From assembly GCA_051867875.1 (NCBI GenBank), contig JBJDZG010000026.1, forward strand, positions 42,071-106,070: 64,000 nucleotides of DNA, given 5' to 3'. The stretch comes from Eubacteriales bacterium. Lineage in GTDB: Bacteria > Bacillota > Clostridia > Oscillospirales > CAG-272. The position numbers and the translations under genes were made by a program. Below the pieces are notes generated by a model. The model made no database searches, was not told the DNA's origin, and saw nothing but the letters and a program-made list of their open reading frames with translations. Shown here one piece after another: positions 10,791 to 20,883 of this stretch; position 1 is the first letter of the stretch, and the number at the start of each line of letters is the position of its first letter.

Positions 10791-10835
10791 GTTGAGGGGG
10801 TTATCTATGAAAAAAGCCCCCTTAACTGCCTTTTT
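10791..10835 (+). terminator. candidate intrinsic terminator after spoIIID
   Basis: GTTGAGGGGG (10791-10800) pairs with CCCCCTTAAC (10817-10826) at 9/10 positions, with a 16-nt loop. A TTTTT run follows 4 nt downstream. The long loop makes this a weak call. Confidence 0.35.
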
Positions 10836-10990
10836 CGGCTCCCCGAATTATACAAAATTTGCATTTTGTATAATTAATTCATACATATGCCCTATACGCG
10901 CAATTATCCCACCTTCGCCGTTTTATCCTATTCGTCTGTGTAATTACAAGTGCATTATATCGTGCTTGGTATTACTATATTACGCACATT

Positions 10991-11926
10991 TTATTTATTT
11001 TTTTGCTGTTCAAAAAACTCCATTTTTTCGAAAGTCAGATTTATAGGCAGGCAAATATAAGACTTTATATTTTCCCTTTCAAGTGCCATTTGCGCGTCTT
11101 CCGCATACAGACTGTCGGGAAAAATTCCGTACACGGACGGACCGCTCCCCGTAAGGCTTGCAAAGCACGCTCCGTTGTCAGTCATTATCCGTTTTATTTT
11201 CTCTACTCCCGAATCTTTTCCGTAAAGTGTACCGAAAATATTGTACATATACTTAAAAGCGTCCTTGAGCCTTCCTGCGGTCAAGGATTCCGCAAGATTC
11301 ATATACGCCATTTTGTGATAATCGCGTTCAAAATTATAAAACAGTTCGTCAAGCCTTCTGTACTGCTCCTTCGTTGAGTCCTTTTTATCCCCGCAGGCTA
11401 TGAGCAAATGATAATTATGTATTCCGCACAGGCTGACGCTTACCTCGCCCCTGCCTCTGCAAACCTGAACTCCTCCGACTATACAAAAAGGTACGTCCGA
11501 GCCTATTTCAAGCCCCATTTCGCAAAGCTCTTCCGTAGTAAAAGGCTTACCGTAATACTTATTGAGTCCTCTTAATACGGCAGCCGCGTCCGCACTTCCC
11601 CCGCCGAGCCCTGCCGCTACGGGAATACTCTTAATTATCTCTATTCTCGGATAATTAATAGCTCCGACATGTCTTTTTTTATAATATCCATAAAATGTTT
11701 CCGATGCAATATAGGCAAGATTGCTCTTCTCGTCTATCAGCGCTTCGGAATTTTTAACCTCTACTACCGTCCTTGCGTTTTCTGCTGAAAAATCAATAAG
11801 AACTTCATCGCATAGCGATACTAACTGCATAATCGTTATGATATTATGATATCCGTCATCTCTTCTTGACTCAATATCAAGGTAAAGATTTATCTTAGCA
11901 TAAGCCTTTTCCGAAATGAAGCCCAT
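10991..11926 (-). CDS. ispE: 4-diphosphocytidyl-2-C-methyl-D-erythritol kinase
   Basis: 311 aa. GHMP kinase motifs (AKINLYLDI, PVAAGLGGGSADAAA). Confidence 0.9.
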   Translation of the reverse strand: MGFISEKAYAKINLYLDIESRRDDGYHNIITIMQLVSLCDEVLIDFSAENARTVVEVKNSEALIDEKSNLAYIASETFYGYYKKRHVGAINYPRIEIIKSIPVAAGLGGGSADAAAVLRGLNKYYGKPFTTEELCEMGLEIGSDVPFCIVGGVQVCRGRGEVSVSLCGIHNYHLLIACGDKKDSTKEQYRRLDELFYNFERDYHKMAYMNLAESLTAGRLKDAFKYMYNIFGTLYGKDSGVEKIKRIMTDNGACFASLTGSGPSVYGIFPDSLYAEDAQMALERENIKSYICLPINLTFEKMEFFEQQKNK

Positions 11927-12073
11927 ATTATTCCTCCATACATTTCGTCATTATATAAATAATAGCATATTATTTGTAAATTTTCAATAGAATAATTGCA
12001 ATATCTCTTGACTTAAAAGATATTTTTATTTATAATATTATAGTACAAAATATCTGAGAAAGGATTACTAAAT

Positions 12074-13489
12074 ATGAGCCAATGGTTTTCGGAAAATAAA
12101 AAAACCATTCATACTACCCTCATTATTTCGGGCATAGTCTTAATCACTCTGTGCCTGCTTTACGGTATTATCAGCGGCAGTATCGGAGGTTTTTTGAGAG
12201 ATTTGCTCAACGTTGCATCGCCGATTTTTATCGGTTTTATATTAGCGTATTTGTCAAATCCCATTGTCATGTTTTTGGAAAAACGCCTTTTTGCGTGGGT
12301 TCCGAAATTCACACTTAAAAGACTCATTTGTATTGTTCTGACATTAATTTTAATTCTCCTTTTTTTAGCCTTTATAATCACAATGCTTATTCCCAGCGTC
12401 GTCACTACATTAGCGTCGTTTTGGGAAACGTATATCGTAAATTATGAGGTATCTCTCCTGAATTTAACCGAACAGATAAATGCTATTATGGACGATATTC
12501 CCTTTTTAGATGCTACGCAACGTCTTGACGGCGATTCAGTAGTCAAATGGGTTAAAAGCACTTTTCCGTGGATAGACGACGTAGTCGCGGGAGATATCAG
12601 TGCTATATTCCCCGACAGTTCGGAAAATCCCGACGCACCCGGTTCAAGCTTTGACCTCAAAGAGTTTCTGACCTCTGACGGTTTTATGTCTGCTCTCGGT
12701 TACATTCTGTCGCTCGGCACATCTGTGTTCAACGGAATTACCGACGGAATTATCGGCATGTTTATCGCTATATATATGCTAATGTCTAAAGAAAAATGTT
12801 CCGCTTACTTTAAGCGTCTTCTTAATGCGTTGCTTCCTGCGCCGAATGTACGCTCCGTCATAAGATTTACAAAGCTTCTTGACCGCTCCTTCGGCGGATT
12901 TATCGAAGGTCAGGTTTTCGAGGCTATCATCATCGGCATTATGTCTTATGTAACCTTCCTTATCTTCGGTATGCCGATTCCCCACCTTCTTGCCACCCTT
13001 ATAGCGGTTACCAATGTAATTCCCATTTTCGGTCCGTTCATCGGCGGTATTCCCGCAGCATTTCTGGTCTTTTTGAGTGCTCCCGGAAAAACAATACTCT
13101 TTATTCTACTTATGATTATCATTCAGCAGATTGAAGGAAACATTATCTGTCCTAAGGTTGTAGGTGACAGAATTAACATCAGCTCGCTTACGACAATGAT
13201 TGCCGTCGTTACAATGGGCGGACTTTTCGGAATTTTCGGCATGCTCATAGGCGTTCCCGTATTTGCGGTATTCGTTCATCTGATTAATAATTACACAATG
13301 AATACATTGCGCCGAAAAGGTCTTGAAACCTCTCTGAAATACTATTACATCGGAAATGCGGAAAGAATTTCGGACAGCGAAAACAAAACCAAGATATACA
13401 ATCCCGTTTCATTAAAGAAACTCACGGGTCAAATAAAGAAGATTTTTCAGAAGGCAAAAGACAAAGATAACAATAAAGAGGAGAAATAA
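12074..13489 (+). CDS. AI-2E family (PerM-like) transporter
   Basis: 471 aa polytopic membrane protein with a conserved C-terminal core (NVIPIFGPFIGGIPA, QQIEGNIICPKVVG). TTGACT-17-TATAAT promoter upstream. Confidence 0.85.
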   Translation: MSQWFSENKKTIHTTLIISGIVLITLCLLYGIISGSIGGFLRDLLNVASPIFIGFILAYLSNPIVMFLEKRLFAWVPKFTLKRLICIVLTLILILLFLAFIITMLIPSVVTTLASFWETYIVNYEVSLLNLTEQINAIMDDIPFLDATQRLDGDSVVKWVKSTFPWIDDVVAGDISAIFPDSSENPDAPGSSFDLKEFLTSDGFMSALGYILSLGTSVFNGITDGIIGMFIAIYMLMSKEKCSAYFKRLLNALLPAPNVRSVIRFTKLLDRSFGGFIEGQVFEAIIIGIMSYVTFLIFGMPIPHLLATLIAVTNVIPIFGPFIGGIPAAFLVFLSAPGKTILFILLMIIIQQIEGNIICPKVVGDRINISSLTTMIAVVTMGGLFGIFGMLIGVPVFAVFVHLINNYTMNTLRRKGLETSLKYYYIGNAERISDSENKTKIYNPVSLKKLTGQIKKIFQKAKDKDNNKEEK

Positions 13490-13490
13490 A

Positions 13491-13745
13491 ATGGCTCATA
13501 TAACCTACACCACTCACGGCACCTGCTCAAGACAGATAGACATTGAAGTTAACGATAATAACGTAATCGAAAAGGTGCAGTTCACAGGAGGTTGCTCCGG
13601 CAATACTCAGGGTGTTTCCGCACTCGTTGCCGGAATGGACATCGACGAAGCAATAAGCCGTCTTGAAGGTATCAAATGCGGTCCCAGACCTACGTCCTGC
13701 CCCGACCAATTAGCACGTGCCCTTAAAGAATTCAAAGACAAATAA
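13491..13745 (+). CDS. TSCPD domain-containing small protein (four-Cys type)
   Basis: 84 aa. GTCS...GGCSGN...TSCPDQ motif. The start codon lies 1 nt after the transporter stop codon. Confidence 0.8.
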   Translation: MAHITYTTHGTCSRQIDIEVNDNNVIEKVQFTGGCSGNTQGVSALVAGMDIDEAISRLEGIKCGPRPTSCPDQLARALKEFKDK

Positions 13746-13770
13746 TTCTATCGAAAGGACTGTTTTATAT

Positions 13771-15495
13771 ATGGAACTTTACAGACAGGAATACGAAAAA
13801 TGGCTCGCCTCCGTTGCTCTTTCCGATAATGAAAAGTCAGAGCTTCTCTCCATATCGGAGAATGAAAATGAAATCAAGGAGCGTTTTTACTCATCTCTTG
13901 AATTCGGCACCGCCGGCCTTCGCGGCAAGATGCGCCTCGGCACGAATGCCATGAACAAATTTACGGTGGCACAGGCTACCCAAGGACTTGCAAACTTGAT
14001 AATCAAGCAGGGCCGCGCGTCTGACGGCGTTGCCATTGCCTATGATTCGAGAAATAATTCCGAGCTCTTCGCCAAGGTGTCCGCGAGCGTTTTGGCTGCC
14101 AACGGTATTAAGGCGTATATCTTTGACGAACTCCGCCCCACGCCCGAGCTTTCCTTTGCTTTGCGTGAGCTTCATTGTGTTGCGGGAATTAATATCACCG
14201 CTTCTCACAACCCCAAGGAATACAACGGTTACAAGGCATACTGGGAGGACGGCGCACAGCTCCCCCCCGAGCACGCTAAAACCGTTTCTGCCGAAATTGA
14301 AAAGATAGAAATTTTTGACGGCGTAAAATGCACTGATTTCGATAAAGCGGTTGGGGACGGAAAGATAGTCATTCTTGATAACGAGATGGACGAAAAATAC
14401 CTCTCTGCCGTTATGAAACAGCTCGTAAACCCCGACGCTATCAAAAAAGTCGCTAACGATTTGAAAATAGTTTATTCGCCTCTTCACGGCACGGGATACA
14501 GACTTATTCCCGACATACTCTCCCGCTGCGGCGTTGAGCACCTTTACGTCGTTCCCGAACAGATGGAGATTAACGGCGACTTCCCCACCGTTGAAAAACC
14601 CAACCCCGAATATTCCGAAGTATTTGAACTCGGTATTGAGATAGCGAACAACGTCGGAAGCACTCTCGTAATTGCTACGGACCCCGACGCTGACCGTGTC
14701 GGCGTTGTAACAAAGAACAATGAGGGCAAATTCGTTACCATTTCGGGAAACCAGATGGGCGCACTTCTTATCGACTATATCATCACCGCGTACGAGGAAA
14801 CGGGCACTATGCCGAACAATCCTTACGCAGTAAAAACGATAGTTTCCACCGAGCTTGTAGCCAAGATATGCGAGGCACACAATGTTAAGCTTCACAATGT
14901 TTTGACGGGCTTCAAATTCATCGGCGAAGTTATTAAGAATTACGAGCAATCGGGTGCTGACGCTGCCTTTCTCTTCGGCTTTGAGGAGAGCTACGGCTAT
15001 CTTAAAGGTACTTATGCAAGGGATAAGGACGCCGTAGTTGCCACAATGCTTATCTGCGAGATGACCGCCTTCTACCATGCAAAAGGAATGACTCTTTTTG
15101 ATGCTTTGAACGGTTTGTACGAAAAATACGGCTACTATCTCGAAGCAAATCAGGAGATTTATATGCAGGGCATTGACGGTAAGGAAAAAATGGCTAAGCT
15201 CATGGACACCCTCCGAAATAACGCTCCAAAATCCATCGCAGGCAAAGATATCGTTGAAATCGGCGATTATCTTAAAGTCACTATCACAAATAAACTGACG
15301 GGTGAAGAAGCGTCAACGTGTCTTCCCTCTTCCAATGTTATCTCCTTCAAGATGGACAACGGCGATGTGGTCATCGCACGTCCCTCGGGAACTGAGCCTA
15401 AGATTAAGTTCTACTATCTTCTCAGAGGAGAAAGCAAGGCAGAGATGAACGGAAATCTTGAAGCATATAAGGAATTCATTTCTCGGTTCGTATAA
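13771..15495 (+). CDS. phospho-sugar mutase (phosphoglucomutase/phosphomannomutase, PgcA-like)
   Basis: Motifs GTAGLRG, active-site TASHNP, DPDADR and EESYG. I use ATG 13771 (MELYRQEY...). The track start at 13717 would overlap the preceding gene. Confidence 0.88.
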   Translation: MELYRQEYEKWLASVALSDNEKSELLSISENENEIKERFYSSLEFGTAGLRGKMRLGTNAMNKFTVAQATQGLANLIIKQGRASDGVAIAYDSRNNSELFAKVSASVLAANGIKAYIFDELRPTPELSFALRELHCVAGINITASHNPKEYNGYKAYWEDGAQLPPEHAKTVSAEIEKIEIFDGVKCTDFDKAVGDGKIVILDNEMDEKYLSAVMKQLVNPDAIKKVANDLKIVYSPLHGTGYRLIPDILSRCGVEHLYVVPEQMEINGDFPTVEKPNPEYSEVFELGIEIANNVGSTLVIATDPDADRVGVVTKNNEGKFVTISGNQMGALLIDYIITAYEETGTMPNNPYAVKTIVSTELVAKICEAHNVKLHNVLTGFKFIGEVIKNYEQSGADAAFLFGFEESYGYLKGTYARDKDAVVATMLICEMTAFYHAKGMTLFDALNGLYEKYGYYLEANQEIYMQGIDGKEKMAKLMDTLRNNAPKSIAGKDIVEIGDYLKVTITNKLTGEEASTCLPSSNVISFKMDNGDVVIARPSGTEPKIKFYYLLRGESKAEMNGNLEAYKEFISRFV

Positions 15496-15504
15496 CAAAA
15501 AATC

Positions 15505-15536
15505 AAGCTCCGTAGGTTATTCTACGGAGCTTTTTT
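15505..15536. terminator. bidirectional intrinsic terminator between the mutase gene and dpaB
   Basis: AAGCTCCGTAG (15505-15515) / CTACGGAGCTT (15522-15532) form a perfect 11-bp stem. An A-run lies upstream and a T-run downstream. Confidence 0.8.
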
Positions 15537-16095
15537 ATACGAATATTTTGGGGTACTGTTTTCCGGCAAGCGCATATTCAAGCGTTATTTCAACAAGCTC
15601 AAAATCCGCAACGAGAGAATGCGGTTTTAAGATGGGTTCATCTTGCCGCATCGGAGTAAAATACACGTTTTTTCTCGACAGAAGCGTGGCTATGTTTTTA
15701 AGATTAGCCGATAATCCGTCGTTTGACGCAAGGGCGATGACAAGTGGATTGTCATTTCTTAAATGCGCCTTTGATGCCATACAAACGGGCGTATCGGTTA
15801 TTCCGTTGGCTATTTTTGAAAGCGTATTTCCGGTGCACGGACAGATAATCAAAGCGTCAAGCCCTATCCCCGAGCCGAGGGGCTCTGCATCAACTACTGT
15901 GTGCACTATTTCCCTGCCCGTTATATCGTGTACCCTCTTTCTGATATCCTCGGCACGTGCAAATCTCGTGTCCGTGCTATAAGCATTATCGCTCATAATG
16001 GGAAGGAGCTCGTAACCGCTTGAAACCAATTTTTCCATAAGTGAAAGTGCCTTGGAAAAGGTGCAGAATGAGCCCGTTAATGCAAATCCTATCAA
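15535..16095 (-). CDS. dpaB: dipicolinate synthase subunit B
   Basis: 186 aa flavoprotein-like sequence (GSFCTF...PCTGNT). 4-nt overlap with dpaA. Confidence 0.9.
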   Translation of the reverse strand: MIGFALTGSFCTFSKALSLMEKLVSSGYELLPIMSDNAYSTDTRFARAEDIRKRVHDITGREIVHTVVDAEPLGSGIGLDALIICPCTGNTLSKIANGITDTPVCMASKAHLRNDNPLVIALASNDGLSANLKNIATLLSRKNVYFTPMRQDEPILKPHSLVADFELVEITLEYALAGKQYPKIFV

Positions 16096-16928
16096 ATCTC
16101 TATCCCCCTTGAAAGTAATATATTCATAATCGTCTTTCCGATTATCTCGCCCGCGCTTTTCGGTGCGTATCTACCCGGAATCCCGAGCTCGCGTCTGTAA
16201 TTCAGATTATACTTTTTCACAAGCTCTCCGTCAATTCCGAATGGAGCTGAAGCAAGGTCTATTATCACGGTATCACGCCCAACCGTTTTGGCAAATTCCT
16301 CGTCCATAATTTGACTCGGAACTGTATTGAATATAATATCGTATTTTTTATTCATCGCTCTGATACCCGTTTTTTTGATTTTGAAGCCGTCAAAACCAAT
16401 GAGCCTACTCCAGACGTAATCCGTGTCCTTTCGTGCGCAAACGGTAATTTTTGCGCCTTGAAGGTGCAAAAGATAGGAGATAATCTTCCCTATTCGTCCA
16501 AAACCGAGAATTGCTATGTTTGCTCCGTGTATCGTGGAATCAAAGTTTTCCTTGGCGTAATATATTGCTCCCTCTGCCGAAAGCAAGGCGTTTTGGATTT
16601 GAAAGGTTTCAATATCAAGCAAATCTATATAATCGAGATTATAAAAATCAAAAATCTCCTTTACCTTTTTTCCAACGCTGCCACAAATTATGAGCGCATC
16701 GGCCGGAATTATTTCAAGCAGTTCTTTCAGTGGAATTTGCTCTTTATATACCGTTTCTCCGTCTTTTGATACAGGCAGCGGAAGCACTATGACATTTGAG
16801 CTTTTAATACGGCTTGCTACCTCGTCCGAAAGTTCAACCCCCCGGAGTATATCTGTATCAATTCCATTAATTTTCAAATAGTCCGAGGCATATTTTTGTC
16901 TTAAATCACCGCCCAAAAACAAAATCAC
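16092..16928 (-). CDS. dpaA: dipicolinate synthase subunit A
   Basis: 278 aa with an NAD-binding GFGRIG motif. GTG start preceded by GGGGGAGGTGG. Confidence 0.88.
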   Translation of the reverse strand: MILFLGGDLRQKYASDYLKINGIDTDILRGVELSDEVASRIKSSNVIVLPLPVSKDGETVYKEQIPLKELLEIIPADALIICGSVGKKVKEIFDFYNLDYIDLLDIETFQIQNALLSAEGAIYYAKENFDSTIHGANIAILGFGRIGKIISYLLHLQGAKITVCARKDTDYVWSRLIGFDGFKIKKTGIRAMNKKYDIIFNTVPSQIMDEEFAKTVGRDTVIIDLASAPFGIDGELVKKYNLNYRRELGIPGRYAPKSAGEIIGKTIMNILLSRGIEI

Positions 16929-16982
16929 TGTCCCACCTCCCCCACATTGATTATTATATTAATTCTCTCAATGTGAAGTGAC

Positions 16983-17010
16983 AAAAACACACCCCGCAGG
17001 GTGTGTTTTT
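16983..17010 (-). terminator. intrinsic terminator after the pilus ATPase gene
   Basis: AAAAACACACCC / GGGTGTGTTTTT perfect stem with a CGCA loop. Confidence 0.75.
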
Positions 17011-17022
17011 ATCTTTATTCGG

Positions 17023-18684
17023 TTATTTAACTATATCAACAAGTTGGTCGTATTCTTCAAGGCTCGTCTGTCCCAAAAGAACACGCTCTCTCGTGTGAGA
17101 AAGGACTGTCGTCATATCTCTTTCGACGATTTCGCCGACCTTTTCACTCATGAAATCGGGAGACATAATAATGTTCTTAATCTCATCGGTAAGTATCATT
17201 ATCTCAAATACACCGATACGTCCGAGATATCCCGTATTGTTACAGTAAAGGCAACCCGTTGCCTCGTAAATCTCGCGGGGCTCATCAATTTTAAGAATTG
17301 CCATTTCAGCCGCATCAGTTACCTTGAGCTTTTTGCACTTCGGGCAAAGCTTACGTACAAGTCGCTGGGAAATAGCACCGAGCAAGGAGTCTGCAACGAG
17401 ATATTTCGGAATACCCATATTTATAAGTCTTGTAATAACGCCTGCGGCGTCGTTGGTATGTATTGACGAAAGAACCAAGTGACCGGTAATAGCGGCTCTG
17501 GTCGCTATTTGAGCTGTTTCCTCGTCACGAATCTCTCCTATCATTATTACGTTGGGGTCCTGACGCAAGAAGCTTCGGAGTGCGGCAGCGAAAGTCAAAT
17601 TAGCCTTGGTGTTAACCTGAACCTGATTGATACCGACTATTTCGTTCTCGACGGGGTCCTCTACCGTCATAATATTCGTATCTTCCTTCGCAAGATAACG
17701 AAGGAACGTATAAAGAGTCGTTGACTTACCGCTTCCCGTGGGTCCAGTAAGAAGAATAATTCCGTGAGGACGGGTTATCATACCCATAATCAAATCCTTC
17801 TGCTTATCGGAGAAACCAAGTGAAGAGATATCACTTGAATTAAAGGAGCGGCTGTAAATACGAATAACTATCTTCTCTCCGTGAATCGTGGGAAGAGTAG
17901 ACACACGGAAGTCATAAGTATTGCCTTCAATGTCAAGGCTTATCTTACCGTCCTGAGGAACACGCCTTTCTGCGATATTAAGCTCGGACATAATCTTATA
18001 ACGTGCGAGGATAGCGGGATATATCACGGGGGAAAGCTCATCAATTTTGTTAAGCTTACCGTCGATACGGAAACGGATAAATACCGTCTTTGCGAAAGGC
18101 TCGATATGAATATCACTCGCGCCTCTGTTGATAGCATCTTTGAGAATTGAATCACAAAGCTTGATAACGGGCGCATCGATTGGAGCATCGGGATCTATAT
18201 CCTCTTTTGCGTTGTCGCTGTTAATGTATTCACTCATTACCTCGTCCTGCTGAATTTTATTGTTAGCATAGTCGAGGATTCTCTTCATCTGCGTAGGCGG
18301 ACTGATTATGAAATTCAGCTTTTTACCGCCCTGAAGCAAGAGCTCGCGGAACTCTTCAATGCGGAAGGGATTTGAGCAAAGGACTGTGAGAACGTCGCCT
18401 CTGAGCTCGAACGGAACACCTTGATATTCAAGCAAGAGGTCTCTTGGGTACTGCTTTACAAATTCAAGGTCAATCTCCGCCAACTGACAGAAGCGGTATT
18501 CATAACCGAGGTAGTCGGCAAGTGCCTGATATATCTTCTCTTCCTCAATCATCTTACTCTCAACGAGTTTTATATAGATGGGAGTATCTACCGCGTCGGC
18601 TTTATCACAATACTCCAACGCAACACTTTTTTCTACAACTCCTTCGTCAATAAGAAACTGTGTAAAAAGTTTATTAAAAATCAT
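17023..18684 (-). CDS. pilB: type IV pilus assembly ATPase (GspE/PilB family)
   Basis: 553 aa. Walker A GPTGSGKST, Asp and His boxes, tetracysteine motif (CPKC...CLYC), and an N-terminal GspE_N-like domain. Confidence 0.9.
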   Translation of the reverse strand: MIFNKLFTQFLIDEGVVEKSVALEYCDKADAVDTPIYIKLVESKMIEEEKIYQALADYLGYEYRFCQLAEIDLEFVKQYPRDLLLEYQGVPFELRGDVLTVLCSNPFRIEEFRELLLQGGKKLNFIISPPTQMKRILDYANNKIQQDEVMSEYINSDNAKEDIDPDAPIDAPVIKLCDSILKDAINRGASDIHIEPFAKTVFIRFRIDGKLNKIDELSPVIYPAILARYKIMSELNIAERRVPQDGKISLDIEGNTYDFRVSTLPTIHGEKIVIRIYSRSFNSSDISSLGFSDKQKDLIMGMITRPHGIILLTGPTGSGKSTTLYTFLRYLAKEDTNIMTVEDPVENEIVGINQVQVNTKANLTFAAALRSFLRQDPNVIMIGEIRDEETAQIATRAAITGHLVLSSIHTNDAAGVITRLINMGIPKYLVADSLLGAISQRLVRKLCPKCKKLKVTDAAEMAILKIDEPREIYEATGCLYCNNTGYLGRIGVFEIMILTDEIKNIIMSPDFMSEKVGEIVERDMTTVLSHTRERVLLGQTSLEEYDQLVDIVK

Positions 18685-18696
18685 AGCATTTTCTCC

Positions 18697-19902
18697 TTAT
18701 ACAGCGTTCATCATGGACATCATGGGAACAAGAACGGAAAGAACTACGAGCATTACGACACCACCGAGCATAACGATAGCCATGGGCTCAATAGCCGCAA
18801 CTGCCTTAGCGATACTTGACTCAACCTGCTCGTCAAAGTATTCACTCGTAGACTCAAGAACTTCTTCGATATTACCGCTCTTCTCGCCGACGTTAATCAT
18901 TTCGGTGAGCATTGAGGGGAAAAGTCCCGTTGCTTCAATAGAGGGAGCAATTCTTCTTCCACGCTTAACTTCTTCAATGGTATAGTCGAACTTTCTCGTA
19001 AACACCTCGTTACCAAGCATTCTTCTGAGATTTTCAAGGACGTCTATCATATTCATACCGCTGCTTAGCAGGATAATAAACGCTCTTGAAAAACGTGATG
19101 TGATAAGATTCTTCTGAACCGTTGAAATAATCGGAAGGTTGAGCATCAAAACGTCCTTAACGTACTTGCCCTTTTTTGTTTTGAAAAACATTACGATTGC
19201 AAAAACAACTATAACGGCTACGGGAAGCATGATAAAGAAATAATCTTGGACGAATTTTGAAGCGCCCATAACGATTTTCGTAATCTGCGGAACTTCGCCG
19301 CCGAGTTCATTGATAGTCGCCTCAAACTGAGGAAGAATGAAAAGACAAAGGAAAATTACGACTACGATTACCATTACGATAAGCATCGTGGGATAAACGA
19401 GTGCGGACGATGCCTTTTTCTTAATTTTACGGTCGTTTTCATAGTAGTCAGCCATATTTGTAAGAACTCTGTCAAGAGAGCCGCTGACTTCACCGATTCC
19501 GACCATGCTTACGAAGAACTGCGGAAATACTTTAGGGTGCTTGGCAAACGCCGCAGAGAGCAGAATGCCCGACTCGACGTCGAGATATACCGCCTGTAAT
19601 ACGTTACGGAAAGGCACGCTGAATTTCTGCTTATGTAAGTTATTGAGGCAGTCACTAATCGGAATACCCGCTTTAAGCATAACCGAAAACTGACGGAAGA
19701 ATGTAATTACCTCATTGAATTTAATCTTACTGCTGACCGCGAAAAATTCGTTTTCTTTTTCTTCCTTGACAACAGTATAGCTTAACATATGAATCTCGTC
19801 CTGACGGATTTGAGCACGCAAACTGAGCTCATCAGATGCCTCTCTTAAAACCGTCTGTCGCTGACCTGACGAGTTTATAACTTTACACTTGTATAAAGGC
19901 AT
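18697..19902 (-). CDS. pilC: type IV pilus platform protein (GspF/PilC family)
   Basis: Two T2SSF repeats with three transmembrane segments. I prefer ATG 19902 (MPLYKCKV...), which overlaps the pilD stop as TAATG and has a GAAGGTGG Shine-Dalgarno sequence. The track start at 19920 is TTG. Confidence 0.88.
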   Translation of the reverse strand: MPLYKCKVINSSGQRQTVLREASDELSLRAQIRQDEIHMLSYTVVKEEKENEFFAVSSKIKFNEVITFFRQFSVMLKAGIPISDCLNNLHKQKFSVPFRNVLQAVYLDVESGILLSAAFAKHPKVFPQFFVSMVGIGEVSGSLDRVLTNMADYYENDRKIKKKASSALVYPTMLIVMVIVVVIFLCLFILPQFEATINELGGEVPQITKIVMGASKFVQDYFFIMLPVAVIVVFAIVMFFKTKKGKYVKDVLMLNLPIISTVQKNLITSRFSRAFIILLSSGMNMIDVLENLRRMLGNEVFTRKFDYTIEEVKRGRRIAPSIEATGLFPSMLTEMINVGEKSGNIEEVLESTSEYFDEQVESSIAKAVAAIEPMAIVMLGGVVMLVVLSVLVPMMSMMNAV

Positions 19903-20702
19903 TAAAGCACCACCTTCCAATAGAAATTCATTATTGCTTCACCGTAAATAGCCATAAAACCGATACCGAGCAAAAGGTACGGACCGAAGGCTATCTCAGC
20001 TTCTCTGTCGGACTTTGAGATTCTTATCTTGATAATCTCGATAATTGAGCCGAGGAGAGTTGAGAACATTATGGCAAGCAAGAGCGGAAATGCTCCTATA
20101 ATAAGCCCGCCGATACCGACAAGATAAATATCGCCCGTACCGAGAGCATCTTTCTTCAAAATAAACTTTGCTATAAGCTTAATAGCTCCGAAGAAGCCAA
20201 AGCCAAGCAACGCACCGCCGATATGGTTCCAAATATCGCTGCCAAAAGCGAATACGCGGTATCCTGCGATAACTACTGCCAAAACTCCGTAGATAATCAG
20301 CGTAATATCATAAATATCGTGCGTTTCGTGGTCAATTCCCGCCATAACGAGGAACAGGAACACGAGGAGCAAAACCGATATAAAAATAGGCAAATTCTCA
20401 AAAGAATTACCGAATTGAAGATACGCACACATAAAGCCAAGTCCGCCGAATATCTCCATAAGGAGCGAAAATACTCCGATTTTCGCCTTGCAATTTCTGC
20501 ACTTTCCGCCGAGTATAAGCCAAGAAATAATCGGGATATTATCGTAAGGTTTTATGGGATTCTTACAGCTTGGGCAGTAAGAATCCGGCTTTACTATTGA
20601 CTGCTTTTTGGGAAAGCGGTAAGCCACAACGCCTGCAAAGCTCGCAAAAACGGCGCCGAAAATAAATGCGAAAACCGCAAGTATAATTTCAAACGGATTC
20701 AT
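19902..20702 (-). CDS. pilD: prepilin peptidase (A24 family)
   Basis: 266 aa. N-terminal CxxC...CxxC zinc motif, two catalytic Asp regions (GIDHETHD, GTGDIYLVG), polytopic. Confidence 0.9.
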   Translation of the reverse strand: MNPFEIILAVFAFIFGAVFASFAGVVAYRFPKKQSIVKPDSYCPSCKNPIKPYDNIPIISWLILGGKCRNCKAKIGVFSLLMEIFGGLGFMCAYLQFGNSFENLPIFISVLLLVFLFLVMAGIDHETHDIYDITLIIYGVLAVVIAGYRVFAFGSDIWNHIGGALLGFGFFGAIKLIAKFILKKDALGTGDIYLVGIGGLIIGAFPLLLAIMFSTLLGSIIEIIKIRISKSDREAEIAFGPYLLLGIGFMAIYGEAIMNFYWKVVL

Positions 20703-20883
20703 AATTATGTACCTCCACTGTGGAATAATAGAGTCCGCTGCTTTGCAAGTCCTTGAGATTGTTTTTTGCGCGGTTCATATACCTGAGAAGCAACGGCGTT
20801 GCCGAAACCACAGTCATAGACATTACAAAGCAAAGCAACATAACGATTATAAGGACGTAGCCCTTTTTCTTTTTATTCTTCAT
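20689..20883 (-). CDS. small single-pass membrane protein, pseudopilin-leader-like (no Glu5)
   Basis: MKNKKKKG/YVLIIVML... has a basic leader, then Gly, then a hydrophobic helix, but lacks the conserved Glu at +5. Its ATG overlaps the upstream gene's stop as ATGA. It could alternatively be a PilN/O-like anchor. Confidence 0.45.
   Translation of the reverse strand: MKNKKKKGYVLIIVMLLCFVMSMTVVSATPLLLRYMNRAKNNLKDLQSSGLYYSTVEVHNYESV

Noticed and set aside
10792-11046. 84-aa plus-strand ORF with an apparent GAGGGGG Shine-Dalgarno sequence in the spoIIID-ispE gap
   Set aside because: The apparent Shine-Dalgarno sequence is one arm of a terminator-like hairpin. The ORF runs through an AT hairpin and overlaps the 3' end of ispE. 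Its composition looks like translated AT-rich spacer.
13891-15078. 395-aa minus-strand ORF inside the phosphosugar mutase gene
   Set aside because: It is antisense to a gene with a strong motif match (TASHNP, DPDADR). There is no independent coding evidence.
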